A stretch of 64,000 nucleotides of DNA from Flavobacteriaceae bacterium (GTDB lineage: Bacteria; Bacteroidota; Bacteroidia; Flavobacteriales; Flavobacteriaceae), in assembly GCA_049890035.1 (NCBI GenBank), contig JBMHCG010000033.1, forward strand, positions 13,536-77,535. Direction: 5' to 3'. Positions 19,505 to 30,259 of the stretch are shown here, piece after piece; within the stretch, counting starts at the first letter, position 1, and every line of letters begins with the position of its first letter. The notes under the pieces were generated by a model that saw only the letters and a program-made list of their open reading frames with translations, was not told the origin of the DNA and did no database searches. Made by a program: the position numbers and the translations under genes.

Positions 19505-21625
19505 ATGCGAATCGTTGGAATTCTTTTTAGTGGTCTTCTCGGTGGGGTGTTGTTTTGGAATGTCTCATCTGCACCCGGGCCCACTGAAAAAGATAAATTG
19601 CTGTTGGAAATTTTGAATTACGTTCTGGAACGGGGGCATTATGATCCAAAGGTTATCGATGACAGTTTTTCAGAAAATGCTTTTCACAATTATCTAGAGG
19701 GTTTGGATGGTCAACACCGCTTCTTCCTTCAGTCAGATGTGAATACCTTTAAGCGGTATCGGTATCAAATTGATGATGAGTTTAAAGCCCATGCATTAAA
19801 TTTTTTCAATGTTAGTTACGAGCGGTTGATATCCCGGATGCAACAAGTAGAAAAATTTTATTCAGAACTTTTGGAAACACCATTTGATTTTTCAAAACCA
19901 GGAACTATCAGCTTGGATTACGAAAACTTGCAATACGCCAATACAGTAACCGAATTGAAAGCTCGTTGGCGCAAGCGAATGAAGTTGTCTACCCTGGATC
20001 GATTTGCCGATAAGAAAAAAGAAGAAAAAAAGAAAAAAGAAGCCGACAGTAGTTATGTGATGAAATCAGACTTGGAGTTGGAAATGGAAGCCCGGCAATT
20101 GACACTGGAAAATACCCGAGACTACTTTGAACTGATTAACGATCTGGAACGTAAAGATTGGTTCTCCATTTATATCAATGCTATTGTGATGCAATTTGAC
20201 CCACACACATTTTATTTTGCTCCCGAAGATAAAGATCGTTTTGACACCAGTATGTCAGGAAAGTTTGAAGGTATTGGTGCACGTTTGCAAAAAAGAAATC
20301 AAGAGGTTAAAATTGTTGAAATTATTTCTGGAGGACCTGTGTGGCGCGGAAAGTTATTGGACGTAGGGGATGTGATACTCAAGGTTGCTCAAAAAGACGA
20401 AGATCCAGTAGAAATTGTTGGGATGCGTTTGGAAGATGCTATCAAACTGATCAAAGGACCCAAAGGCACAGAGGTTCATTTGACAGTTAAAAGAGTCGAT
20501 GGCACCATCGAGGTGGTTCCTATTGTGCGCGATGTAGTTGAGTTGGAAGAAGTCTATGCACGTTCAACGATTATCCAAAAAGGGGAAAAGAAATTCGGAT
20601 TGATAAACCTACCTAAATTCTACATTGACTTTAAAGACTACGGCGAAAGGAACGCAGCCATTGACGTAAAAAAAGAATTAGAACAACTTAAGGAGAAGGG
20701 GGTGTCTGGAATTGTTTTGGATCTGCGCAACAATGGCGGTGGCTCATTAAAAACAGTTGTTGATATGACCGGCTATTTTATTGAAGAAGGGCCCGTGGTG
20801 CAAGTAAAAAGTACGGGAGGCAGAAAAGAAGTACTAAGCGACACGGATAGTTCTATCGTTTGGGACGGCCCTTTGGTTGTTTTGGTTAACGAATTTTCAG
20901 CCTCTGCTTCTGAAATTTTGGCTGCTGCACTGCAAGATTACAAACGGGCTATTATTGTAGGGAGCAAACAAACTTTTGGGAAGGGTACCGTTCAAAATGT
21001 GGTGGATCTCAATCGAATTATTACAGGCAATACGCTGGGTGATTTGGGTGCATTAAAAGTCACAACGGACAAGTTTTATCGCATAACGGGAGAGTCTACA
21101 CAATTGGAAGGAGTCAAAAGTGATGTGGTGTATCCCGATCGCTATCAGTATGTTGATATGGGAGAAAAAGATCAAGAAAATCCACTTGCTTGGGATAAAA
21201 TAACCCCTGCCAATTACCAACTTTGGAAATCTTCGATTAACTATGATTTTATCGTTAAGCAAAGCCAGTACCGAATTCAAGAAAATACTTTTACTCCAGT
21301 GTTAGAAGAACAAGCCCGTTGGGTCGCTTCCCAACAGGAAGATTATGAGTATCATTTGGATTATATTTCATTTTCAAAGGAACAGGAAGAAAGCATGGCA
21401 ACTTCGAAAAAGTTCGAGGTTCTCGAGGAATTCAATTCGAAACTTCAATTTCGATGGCTTCCCGAAGCAGGTATGACAACCGAGGTCAATGCAGACTACG
21501 CAGAGAAAAGAGATCGATGGATAGAGGCATTAAACAGCGATGTATATGTCAACGAAGCGATTAATATTTTAGATGATATGAGCCTAACGCTAAAAAATCA
21601 GCCGTTGACACAAAGAAGAAATTAG
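19505..21625 (+). CDS. Carboxy-terminal processing (tail-specific) protease, family S41
   Basis: 706 aa with a PDZ region and an S41 core (NGGGSL..., FSASASEILAAALQDY..., GKGTVQ). Confidence 0.85.
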   Translation: MRIVGILFSGLLGGVLFWNVSSAPGPTEKDKLLLEILNYVLERGHYDPKVIDDSFSENAFHNYLEGLDGQHRFFLQSDVNTFKRYRYQIDDEFKAHALNFFNVSYERLISRMQQVEKFYSELLETPFDFSKPGTISLDYENLQYANTVTELKARWRKRMKLSTLDRFADKKKEEKKKKEADSSYVMKSDLELEMEARQLTLENTRDYFELINDLERKDWFSIYINAIVMQFDPHTFYFAPEDKDRFDTSMSGKFEGIGARLQKRNQEVKIVEIISGGPVWRGKLLDVGDVILKVAQKDEDPVEIVGMRLEDAIKLIKGPKGTEVHLTVKRVDGTIEVVPIVRDVVELEEVYARSTIIQKGEKKFGLINLPKFYIDFKDYGERNAAIDVKKELEQLKEKGVSGIVLDLRNNGGGSLKTVVDMTGYFIEEGPVVQVKSTGGRKEVLSDTDSSIVWDGPLVVLVNEFSASASEILAAALQDYKRAIIVGSKQTFGKGTVQNVVDLNRIITGNTLGDLGALKVTTDKFYRITGESTQLEGVKSDVVYPDRYQYVDMGEKDQENPLAWDKITPANYQLWKSSINYDFIVKQSQYRIQENTFTPVLEEQARWVASQQEDYEYHLDYISFSKEQEESMATSKKFEVLEEFNSKLQFRWLPEAGMTTEVNADYAEKRDRWIEALNSDVYVNEAINILDDMSLTLKNQPLTQRRN

Positions 21626-21654
21626 TTTTTGTTATCTAATTTGCAGTAAGTCCA

Positions 21655-22707
21655 TTGAAAAACCGAATCGAAGGAATTGTTAGTTTATTGTATATCATAC
21701 TGCTAACTTTCTTTTCTATTTTTGCCTACCAATTGGCTTTGGATACAACACCAAATGCCAACCAGATGCATCTCTCCATCCACTCCCAACCCCCTGGTTT
21801 TGAAACCCAAGTCTTGCTTTTACCCTTAACGGATACCTTTTCAACTACAGGTTCTTTTTTTTGGGGCACCCCTTCCTCCGTGGAAGAAATACCCATCCAA
21901 AGTTGGCGTTTTGAAAAAGGGCAATTAGAAATTCAACCCTATGGATCTCCCACTGGTTACTACAAACCTGTATCTATGTCTCGAGTCCCTACACCACACA
22001 CCCAAGAAGCTCTCGCTTCGAATTGGATTATAAACAAAACCTTTCCTTTAGGGACTGATAAATTTGGAAGAGATCTTTTAAGCCGGTTGTTAATCGGTTC
22101 GCGAATTTCTCTAGCTATTGGGTTTGTAGCGGTTTTTCTTTCCTTGCTGATTGGGATAACACTGGGTGCTTTAGCAGGTTATTTTGGAGGAATTTTAGAC
22201 CGTGCCATCATGGCTTTTATAAATGTCGTTTGGTCTATTCCAACCTTACTTTTAGTGATAGGAATAACACTGGTTTTAGGGAGGGGGTTCTGGCAAGTTT
22301 TTATTGCTGTGGGCTTGTCCATGTGGGTTGAAGTTGCGCGTTTGGTTCGCGGTCAGGTTTTGGCTGTAAAAGAAAGAACCTATATTGAAGCAGCCCACGC
22401 ACTTGGATTCTCCAATTACCGTATTATATTTTCTCACATCCTTCCGGTGATAACAGGCCCCATTATCGTTATTGCTTCTGCTAATTTTGCCAGTGCCATT
22501 CTTATCGAAAGTGGGTTGAGCTTTTTAGGAATAGGCGCACAGCCGCCAGTTCCCAGTTGGGGAGGGATGGTCAAAGAACACTTCCGCTACTTGTTGTTAG
22601 GCAAGCCTTATTTGGCACTCTTACCCGGATTTGCCATTATGAGCTTGGTTTTGGCTTTTATGACTCTGGGTAATGTCCTAAGAGACTATTTGGATGTAAA
22701 AACGTAA
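21655..22707 (+). CDS. ABC transporter permease (DppC/OppC-like), orphan
   Basis: LGTDKFGRDLLSRL motif plus a six-TM BPD permease core. The TTG start at 21655 is uncertain. No ATPase or binding-protein gene is adjacent. Confidence 0.7.
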   Translation: MKNRIEGIVSLLYIILLTFFSIFAYQLALDTTPNANQMHLSIHSQPPGFETQVLLLPLTDTFSTTGSFFWGTPSSVEEIPIQSWRFEKGQLEIQPYGSPTGYYKPVSMSRVPTPHTQEALASNWIINKTFPLGTDKFGRDLLSRLLIGSRISLAIGFVAVFLSLLIGITLGALAGYFGGILDRAIMAFINVVWSIPTLLLVIGITLVLGRGFWQVFIAVGLSMWVEVARLVRGQVLAVKERTYIEAAHALGFSNYRIIFSHILPVITGPIIVIASANFASAILIESGLSFLGIGAQPPVPSWGGMVKEHFRYLLLGKPYLALLPGFAIMSLVLAFMTLGNVLRDYLDVKT

Positions 22708-22710
22708 AGA

Positions 22711-23970
22711 CTACCAATCGCGGAGTCGATTGGCATCCATATTTAGGTAAATAAAGAACATCAAACTTGTCGCCAGTAAATTAGATCCTCCATAGCTTAG
22801 GAATAAAAGGGGAATACCAATCGTAGGAATCATCCCAAGAGACATTCCAATATTGACTAAAAAGTGAATAAATAAAATGCTTGCCACACTGTAACAAAAA
22901 GCACGTCGAAATTGACTTGTTTGTTTTTCAGCTTGAAAAAGAATGCGAATGATCAATATCGTAAAACAAGCCACAACCAAAAAACTTCCAATAAACCCCC
23001 ACTCTTCCCCAATCGTACTAAAGATATAGTCTGTATGTTGCTCGGGTACAAAGTCTCCCTTTGTTTGGGTTCCTTTCAAAAATCCTTTCCCTTGAAAACC
23101 ACCCGAACCAATAGCAATTTTTGATTGATTGATATTATAGCCAATTCCTTGCGAGTCAACCTCCTTCCCTAGAATAATATTGAATCGGTCTCTATGCCGT
23201 TGTTCAAATAGGTCGTTAAAAATAAAATCTACGGTAAAAGTAAATCCAGAAGCCAGCAGGCCAAATAAAATAAATGGTAAGAGGGCCGGTTTGTACTTTA
23301 ATCGTTTGAGTAAATAGAATGCCAATGATAGCATTACGATAATTAAGCTGATAACGATCGGTATTTCAAATAGCAGTGTAAGAATAAAAACGGTTAGAGC
23401 ACTTCCGATGATGACCAAAAAAATATAGCTGAGCCCTTCTCTAAACAACACAAAAAAGAAAGCAACAAAAACCAAAGCACTCCCCGGGTCGGGTTGCAAA
23501 ACAATAAGTAGAGCGGGTAATAAAATTATGAAAGCAATCTTTAATAAAGAGCGGAAGCGTTTAAGATTGGTTTGAAATTGGGAAACGATTTTAGCCAACA
23601 TAAGTCCTGTAGCGAGCTTACTAAACTCTGCGGGTTGCAGTCCTAGGCCACCAATGGCATACCACGAACGCGCACCAGAAATTGTTTTACCAAAAGCGAA
23701 CAATCCCACCAATAAGATTAGCGAAACGATATAAATGGGCTGTGCAAATTGTTCAAAGAACTTTACTCGGAGGGCTAAAAAAAATCCCCCTGCAGTAAAA
23801 CTTAGAATGGCAAAAAAGAACTGTTTTCCCGCAGGTGAACTCAGATTAAGAAGACTACTAGATTCCTCTGCATAGGTAGCTGAATAGACATTGACCAAAC
23901 CAAAACAGACGAGTAAGAAATAGCATAACAAACTTACCCAGTCAATCCGACTGAGAACCGATTCGCTCAT
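22711..23970 (-). CDS. rodA: Rod-shape-determining protein RodA (SEDS family)
   Basis: FtsW/RodA/SpoVE-type polytopic protein (...QPAEFSKL..., DFVPEQHTDYIFS). Last gene of the mre-mrd cluster. Confidence 0.85.
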   Translation of the reverse strand: MSESVLSRIDWVSLLCYFLLVCFGLVNVYSATYAEESSSLLNLSSPAGKQFFFAILSFTAGGFFLALRVKFFEQFAQPIYIVSLILLVGLFAFGKTISGARSWYAIGGLGLQPAEFSKLATGLMLAKIVSQFQTNLKRFRSLLKIAFIILLPALLIVLQPDPGSALVFVAFFFVLFREGLSYIFLVIIGSALTVFILTLLFEIPIVISLIIVMLSLAFYLLKRLKYKPALLPFILFGLLASGFTFTVDFIFNDLFEQRHRDRFNIILGKEVDSQGIGYNINQSKIAIGSGGFQGKGFLKGTQTKGDFVPEQHTDYIFSTIGEEWGFIGSFLVVACFTILIIRILFQAEKQTSQFRRAFCYSVASILFIHFLVNIGMSLGMIPTIGIPLLFLSYGGSNLLATSLMFFIYLNMDANRLRDW

Positions 23971-25832
23971 TGGTTAATCTTAAAGGGTTTTCCTGAATAA
24001 GGCTTGTCATATTCTTCCAACAGACTGCCATTGACAATGCGATTTTCAAGCCAGCGTCTTTTGACGTCCTTATTCAGATATTTTTCAATCATCAAACTAG
24101 CAATAGGTGCTGCCCAGCGCGCACCCCAATAGCCATTTTCTACAAATACAGCCAGTGCAATCTGAGGATTCTCTTTGGGTGCAAATGCAATAAACATGGA
24201 ATGGTCCGTTAGTTGTTGTTTTTTTCCGTTCAAGAGGATGAAATTTTCAACTGTCCCAGTTTTTCCACATACTTCAATGCCTTTGATGCGAGCTATTCGT
24301 GCTGTTCCATATTCTACAACCTTGTGCATCCCATCTATTATGGTCTCAAAATGCACTGAGTCAATAGTAGTTTGTTTTTTTTCATAGCGATTTACTTCCG
24401 GTTCCCCAATAATAGACTTCATAAAATGAGGTTTTATGTAAAACCCTCTGTTGGCAATAGCTGCGGTGAAATTAGCCATCTGAATGGGGGTAGTCAGTAT
24501 TTCACCTTGTCCAATGGCATTGGAAATGATGGTTGGTGCTTTCCAGCCCTTTTCACCATAGGCTCTGTCGTAATATTCAGCTCCAGGGATGTATCCCGGT
24601 TTACCAACTGGCAGGTCATACCCCAAGTAATTGCCCAATCCAAAACTTTGAAGGTGCTTTTTCCAACGATTGATTCCTTCCTGAGGGGATTCGTAGGCTT
24701 CAATAATACCTTTATAAGTTTTTGAAAAATAGGTGTTACAGGATTTGTAAATGGCTTTTGTCAGATCGTTTTTAGATCGAAGTGGACAATGACATTCCAT
24801 AAAAGCACCACGCGCATAGAAGTGTCCCTTGTTACAACGAAATTTTGTATCTGGTTGGACAACATTTTCCTGCAAAGCAATTAGTGCATTAAGGACCTTA
24901 AATGGCGAACCCGGAGCATACTGTGCTTGCAATCCTCTGTCAAAAAGAGGCTTGGAAAGTGTATCGAGAGACAACGCCCTAAAATTACTAGAGCGTTGCC
25001 TACCTACTAACAAAGTAGGATCGTAATTGGGTGCACTGACCAAAGCTAGAATTTCTCCTGAGGCGGGTTCAATAGCAACAATTCCTCCACGTTTGTTTTG
25101 CAATAATTTCTCACCGTATTCCTGAAGTCTTTCATCGAGTGTCAGTGTGATGTCATGTGCTTGAATGGGTGGTGAATCGAATTGTCCTCCTTCATAAGCC
25201 CCTATGATACGGTTGAATTTATCTTTCTGAAGAAATTGTTTTCCTTTAATTCCTCGAAGATATTTTTCATAATACTTTTCAATACCCTGCCGCCCAATCA
25301 ATTCTCCTTTTCTGTAATAAGGGTCTTTTTTCAGGTCATTGTTATTGACCTCACTGACATACCCAAGAACGTTAGCTGCGATGGGTTTTCGGTAATCTCT
25401 AACAGTTTTTTTCTGCAAATAAAACCCTTGGTATTTCCAAATCTTTTCTTGTAATACAGCGTGGGTTTCTTGTGAAAGTGCTGCTACTATGGTAGCAGGT
25501 ATTTTTCTAGAATATTTCTTGGCTTTACGAAGCCGGTCTTCAAAATCATAAGTCCGAAGACCGATCAAATTTAACAGTTCCAAAGTATCAAAAGCAATGA
25601 TGTTTTCCGGAATGACCATCAGGTCATAGGAAGGTTTGTTGGCAACTAATAGGGAGCCATTTCGATCGTAGATAAAACCACGTTCCGGATAGACATCGCG
25701 TTCCATGACCGCATTGTTTTGTGAGAGTGATGAGTAAACCGTGTTGACCAACTGTAGTTGCAATAGTTTCACAACAAAGACAAAGGCTATGAATAACGTA
25801 AGAACGGGAAGAAAAAAAGAACGGTTCATCAC
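23967..25832 (-). CDS. mrdA: Penicillin-binding protein 2 (transpeptidase)
   Basis: SxxK (GSPFKV) and KTGT (CGKTGTVE) motifs; 621 aa. 4-bp overlaps with mreD and rodA. Confidence 0.85.
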   Translation of the reverse strand: MMNRSFFLPVLTLFIAFVFVVKLLQLQLVNTVYSSLSQNNAVMERDVYPERGFIYDRNGSLLVANKPSYDLMVIPENIIAFDTLELLNLIGLRTYDFEDRLRKAKKYSRKIPATIVAALSQETHAVLQEKIWKYQGFYLQKKTVRDYRKPIAANVLGYVSEVNNNDLKKDPYYRKGELIGRQGIEKYYEKYLRGIKGKQFLQKDKFNRIIGAYEGGQFDSPPIQAHDITLTLDERLQEYGEKLLQNKRGGIVAIEPASGEILALVSAPNYDPTLLVGRQRSSNFRALSLDTLSKPLFDRGLQAQYAPGSPFKVLNALIALQENVVQPDTKFRCNKGHFYARGAFMECHCPLRSKNDLTKAIYKSCNTYFSKTYKGIIEAYESPQEGINRWKKHLQSFGLGNYLGYDLPVGKPGYIPGAEYYDRAYGEKGWKAPTIISNAIGQGEILTTPIQMANFTAAIANRGFYIKPHFMKSIIGEPEVNRYEKKQTTIDSVHFETIIDGMHKVVEYGTARIARIKGIEVCGKTGTVENFILLNGKKQQLTDHSMFIAFAPKENPQIALAVFVENGYWGARWAAPIASLMIEKYLNKDVKRRWLENRIVNGSLLEEYDKPYSGKPFKINQ

Positions 25833-26329
25833 TTTGCTTTATAAAATCCGAGAATGAGCCAGAGCAACATAAAGGTAAAAATAGTAGTTAAGAATGCATT
25901 TTTCAAAATTTGAAAAAAGGCCAACCAACTAAAATACTCGATAGTGTAATAAATCACGCTGTGAGCGAATACAATCAGAGCCAAATAGGTTAATTGGTTA
26001 CTTACCCGAGTCCCTTTGATCATCGCATAAGGAATATCTGCGTTGATGCCAAAACTAAAACCTACGATCAATGGACGTAAAAACCCTATAGTTAGGGTAG
26101 CGATTGTGTGCGCGCCGGCAGTTCCTAAAATCAGATCAATAAAAAACCCTAAAATAAAACACAAAAAGATAAAAAGGGTTTGGTTACCATCCAATCGGTA
26201 TCGGATCACAAAAAGTAAATAGACAAAGGGATTGACAAACCCTAATAGATTCATATTACTGAACAATAAAAATTGCAAAATAACAAGAGTCAGAAAGGAG
26301 AGACCAGTTTGAATATTTTCTTGCAACAT
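25829..26329 (-). CDS. mreD: Rod-shape-determining protein MreD
   Basis: 166-aa polytopic protein between mreC and mrdA. Confidence 0.7.
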   Translation of the reverse strand: MLQENIQTGLSFLTLVILQFLLFSNMNLLGFVNPFVYLLFVIRYRLDGNQTLFIFLCFILGFFIDLILGTAGAHTIATLTIGFLRPLIVGFSFGINADIPYAMIKGTRVSNQLTYLALIVFAHSVIYYTIEYFSWLAFFQILKNAFLTTIFTFMLLWLILGFYKAK

Positions 26330-26336
26330 GAGGGTT

Positions 26337-27137
26337 TTATTTTAGTAAAGAATCGATTGCTACTTTGTCTCTGTTCTCAATGACATAAACATGATCGAGA
26401 TTGGTGAAGTTATTAAACAAAATAACTTCAATTTCATAATATCGTTTGGAAGGGAGTACAATCAGATTACTCACTTTTCCGATAGGAATATTTTTGGGGA
26501 AGTATGCTGACATACCACCCGTGACTACGGTATCTCCGATTGTGACTTTGTTGATGGTTGGGATATCTGTCAAAGTCATTTTATTGGGCACTACGCCGGG
26601 CCAAAACAAGGAACCAAAAGCATTGCTTTTTTTTAGTTTAGCATTGATCTTCAAGTCTCTGTGAAGTAAGGAAACAACACTGGCAAACCGACTGTTGGCT
26701 TGATTCACTATACCGACGATCCCATTGGGGCCAATGACTCCCATTTCTTCATGGACGCTGTCTCGAATCCCTTTGTTAATTACCATAAAATTTCGAACAC
26801 TCGCAATACTATTTTTTACAATTCGGGCAGGAATCAATCGGAAAGGGGAAGACAAATCTGTATCCAGACTGTCTTCATTTGTTTTTTGTAAGGCAAGGAG
26901 GGATTTTAGCTTGAGATTTTCTTCCACTAGCATTTTATTTTCTTCATCCAACCGAAAATAGCGTTGATAGGAATTGCGAAAATCCAATAGCGTGCCCGAT
27001 AGCGAAAGACTCAATTGGCGTAATTCGCTTTGATGATAGGGGCTTTTGTTTTGAAGGAAGAAAATAGAAAAGAATAACAACAGCAAGTAAATAAAGAAAT
27101 TCCGATTTCTAAGAATCGCATTAATTATCTGTTGCAT
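26337..27137 (-). CDS. mreC: Rod-shape-determining protein MreC
   Basis: N-terminal anchor, coiled coil (ENKMLVEENLKLKS) and beta domain (GDTVVTGG). Sits downstream of mreB. Confidence 0.8.
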   Translation of the reverse strand: MQQIINAILRNRNFFIYLLLLFFSIFFLQNKSPYHQSELRQLSLSLSGTLLDFRNSYQRYFRLDEENKMLVEENLKLKSLLALQKTNEDSLDTDLSSPFRLIPARIVKNSIASVRNFMVINKGIRDSVHEEMGVIGPNGIVGIVNQANSRFASVVSLLHRDLKINAKLKKSNAFGSLFWPGVVPNKMTLTDIPTINKVTIGDTVVTGGMSAYFPKNIPIGKVSNLIVLPSKRYYEIEVILFNNFTNLDHVYVIENRDKVAIDSLLK

Positions 27138-27143
27138 TCATTA

Positions 27144-28163
27144 TTATTTTATTAATATCGTTTTGTAACGCTCAATATTTTTTAATGCAATTCCCGTTCC
27201 TCTAACCACAGCTTGTAGGGGGTCTTCTGCGATGTATACCGGCAGGTCTGTTTTGCGAGACAAACGTTTGTCCAAACCGCGCAGAAGTGCGCCACCACCA
27301 GCCAAATAAATCCCGGTATTGTAAATGTCTGCTGCCAGCTCGGGCGGAGTTTGTGCAAGAGCCTCCATAATGGCTTCTTCAATTCGTATGATGGACTTGT
27401 CAAGTGCTTTGGCTACTTCTGTATAGGAGATCATAGCTTGTTTGGGTTTACCTGTTAGCAGATCTCTCCCTTGAACTGACATTTCCTCAGGTGGGTTTTC
27501 AAGGTCTTCAATAACAGCCCCAATGAGAATTTTTATTTTCTCAGCCGTTCGTTCTCCAACGTATAAATTGTGCTTGCTACGCATGTAATTGACTATATCG
27601 TTACTGAAAACATCACCAGCAATTTTAACAGATTTATCACAGACAATTCCCGATAAAGCAATAACGGCTATTTCGGTTGTTCCGCCACCGATATCAACGA
27701 TCATGTTCCCCTTGGGTTGCATGATGTCAATTCCTATTCCAATAGCTGCAGCCATGGGCTCATGCACCAAATACACTTCTTTTCCGTTGACGCGTTCAGC
27801 AGATTCTTTTACGGCTCGCATTTCAACTTCCGTTATTCCAGAGGGGATGCAAATAACCATTCGCAAGGAAGGCGTGAAAAATTTTTTTTTCAAAGAAGGT
27901 ATGCTTTTGATCAATTTGTTGATCATTTGCTCAGATGCATTAAAATCAGCAATAACACCATCCTTCAATGGGCGAACCGTTTTGATGTTTTCGTGCGTTT
28001 TTCCTTGCATCATGCTGGCTTCGTCACCAATAGCAATAATTTTATTGGTGGTGCGGTCGATGGCTACTATAGAAGGGCTGTTGACAACAACCTTGTCATT
28101 GTGTATGATGAGTGTGTTTGCGGTGCCTAAGTCAATCGCAATTTCTTCCGTAAAAATCCCCAT
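27144..28163 (-). CDS. mreB: Actin-like rod-shape protein MreB
   Basis: IAIDLGTANTLI, VDIGGGTTEIAV and LAGGGALLRGLD motifs; 339 aa. Confidence 0.95.
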   Translation of the reverse strand: MGIFTEEIAIDLGTANTLIIHNDKVVVNSPSIVAIDRTTNKIIAIGDEASMMQGKTHENIKTVRPLKDGVIADFNASEQMINKLIKSIPSLKKKFFTPSLRMVICIPSGITEVEMRAVKESAERVNGKEVYLVHEPMAAAIGIGIDIMQPKGNMIVDIGGGTTEIAVIALSGIVCDKSVKIAGDVFSNDIVNYMRSKHNLYVGERTAEKIKILIGAVIEDLENPPEEMSVQGRDLLTGKPKQAMISYTEVAKALDKSIIRIEEAIMEALAQTPPELAADIYNTGIYLAGGGALLRGLDKRLSRKTDLPVYIAEDPLQAVVRGTGIALKNIERYKTILIK

Positions 28164-28195
28164 AAAGGCTTAGCATTATTCGGTAAAGTTAGAAA

Positions 28196-29719
28196 TTAAT
28201 GTTTAAAATGTCGTATGCCCGTAAGAACCATTTTTACATCATTTTGGTTGCAATAATCGATGGAATCTTGATCTTTTATGGATCCCCCCGGTTGAATGAC
28301 AGCTTGGATACCTGCGTGATGGGCAATCTGTACGCAGTCGGGAAAAGGAAAGAAGGCATCACTTGCCATGACCGCCCCTTGCAGTTCAAAATCAAATTTA
28401 CGCGCCTTTTCTATAGCCTGCTCCAGTGCATCTACCCGTGACGTTTGACCCGTTCCTGAAGCTAGGAGTTGTTGGTTTTTTGCCAAGACAATGGTGTTGG
28501 ATTTGGTGTGTTTACTGATTTTAGCGGCAAATAGCAAATCCGTCACCTCCGTTGGGCTCGGTGCCAATTGTGTCGCTTGCTGAAGATTTGACTCTGTGTC
28601 TGTTTGTGTGTCTTTGTCTTGAACCAAATAGCCATTTAAACAAGTACGGACAGATTCTGTAGGCAACAGACGGCTTTTTTGGATCAGCAGGACCCTATTT
28701 TTCTTTTGCGTAAGGATATCCAAGGCCTCTTTGTTATATGCAGGCGCAATCAATACTTCACAGAATAACGTATGGATCGCTTGGGCAGTTGATTCATCGA
28801 TGGGACGATTGGCAATTAACACGCCCCCAAAAGCCGATACGGGGTCACCTGCCAAAGCCGCTTCGTAAGCTGCTGTTAGGTTTTCTCGAGTTGCCAAACC
28901 ACAGGCATTGTTATGTTTCAAAATGGCAAATGTGGGTGCTTCCTCATAAAATTCCTCCATCAGTTGAACTGCAGCGTCTATGTCCAATAGATTATTATAG
29001 GATATTTCTTTTCCATGGATTTGTTCCAAAAGCTCGTCTAAAGGACCAAAAAAACGCCCCTCTTGATGAGGATTTTCTCCATAACGGAGTTTTTTAGATT
29101 GGTGGCTACTGATTTTTAGGGTGTCTTTGTCTTCCTGGAAATATGAAAAAATAGCACTGTCATAATGTGAAGAATCAGCAAAAGCTTTTGCTGCAAAAGC
29201 TTTTCGATCTTCTAAATGGAATCGGTTTTTTTGTGTGGTCAACAACTCCAATAGTCTTGGGTAGTGTTTTTTGTTCGAGACGCAAACAACATCCTGAAAA
29301 TTTTTGGCTGCGGCCCGTATCAAAGCAATCCCTCCAATATCAATTTTTTCAATAATCTCTGTTTCAGAAGCACTTGATCTGACAGTTTCTTCAAATGGGT
29401 ATAGATCCACAATAACCAAGTCGATTTGTGGAATTTCATAACTTTTAATTTCTTGGGCATCGGAGGTGTTTTCCTGACGGTTTAAGATACCACCAAACAC
29501 TTTGGGGTGTAATGTTTTTACACGTCCTCCAAGTATGGATGGGTAGCCTGTCAGATCTTCAACTGCTACAACCGGGATTCCAAGCCTCTCAATAAATTTT
29601 TGGGTTCCTCCGGTCGAATAAAGAGTAACCCCGAATTGATGCAAAGTTTGAATGATGGGCTCAAGTCCTGATTTATCAAAGACAGAGATGAGAGCCGCTT
29701 GAATGGATAGTTCCTTCAT
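28196..29719 (-). CDS. purH: Bifunctional AICAR transformylase / IMP cyclohydrolase
   Basis: 507 aa. MGS-like N-terminus (ALISVFDKSGL...STGGT) and AICARFT C-terminus ending ...GIRHFKH. Confidence 0.95.
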   Translation of the reverse strand: MKELSIQAALISVFDKSGLEPIIQTLHQFGVTLYSTGGTQKFIERLGIPVVAVEDLTGYPSILGGRVKTLHPKVFGGILNRQENTSDAQEIKSYEIPQIDLVIVDLYPFEETVRSSASETEIIEKIDIGGIALIRAAAKNFQDVVCVSNKKHYPRLLELLTTQKNRFHLEDRKAFAAKAFADSSHYDSAIFSYFQEDKDTLKISSHQSKKLRYGENPHQEGRFFGPLDELLEQIHGKEISYNNLLDIDAAVQLMEEFYEEAPTFAILKHNNACGLATRENLTAAYEAALAGDPVSAFGGVLIANRPIDESTAQAIHTLFCEVLIAPAYNKEALDILTQKKNRVLLIQKSRLLPTESVRTCLNGYLVQDKDTQTDTESNLQQATQLAPSPTEVTDLLFAAKISKHTKSNTIVLAKNQQLLASGTGQTSRVDALEQAIEKARKFDFELQGAVMASDAFFPFPDCVQIAHHAGIQAVIQPGGSIKDQDSIDYCNQNDVKMVLTGIRHFKH

Positions 29720-30198
29720 AAGAGGGTATAAATAGTATTGGGAATAAAAGTTGCCACTTTTTTGTTGACCGCTTCTAGAAGTATTTCATCACTTTTTTTA
29801 AAGGGATTTAATGCATTCGAGTCAATGTCTATTTGTCCTACATTAACCCCATCAACAAATAGAGGAACTACTAGTTCAGATCGAACCGCAATGTCACATG
29901 CGATATAGTTATCTTGTTCTTGAACGTCTGGCACAACAAAATTCTGATTACTTAATGCTACTTGTCCACAGATGCCTTTTCCAAAAGGAATTTCAGTGTG
30001 TTCCGTCGGGATGCCCGCAAACGCTTTCAAGTAAAGTGCTTTGGTTTGGTGATTAGCAAAATAATACCCCACCCAATTAAAATAATCAATCGCATCTTTC
30101 AGGAAAGCACAGATGCGCTCCAAGCGTTCTTTCCACCCCAGATTGGGTTCTGATATGATGGTATCTATGGCTGTTAAAATCTGTTGCTGTTCACTCAC
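29716..30198 (-). CDS. GAF-domain protein (free Met-R-sulfoxide reductase-like)
   Basis: 160-aa single GAF domain (NWVGYYF..., GKGICG..., VVPL...GQIDIDS). 4-bp overlap with purH. Confidence 0.65.
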   Translation of the reverse strand: MSEQQQILTAIDTIISEPNLGWKERLERICAFLKDAIDYFNWVGYYFANHQTKALYLKAFAGIPTEHTEIPFGKGICGQVALSNQNFVVPDVQEQDNYIACDIAVRSELVVPLFVDGVNVGQIDIDSNALNPFKKSDEILLEAVNKKVATFIPNTIYTLL

Positions 30199-30259
30199 GC
30201 GTTAAATTTTTCAAAAATATTAAAAACCCTTCTGCCAAATGGACTAAAGCGTAATATTT

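Noticed and set aside
27589-28173. 194-aa and 137-aa ORFs antisense to mreB. Similar long antisense ORFs lie inside groEL (32057-32383), the ABC-F gene (48260-48748), DPP-IV (12447-12881), the GldM gene (44987-45376) and elsewhere.
   Set aside because: They lie entirely inside strongly supported genes on the opposite strand, have odd low-complexity composition and carry no recognisable motifs. These are typical shadow ORFs.
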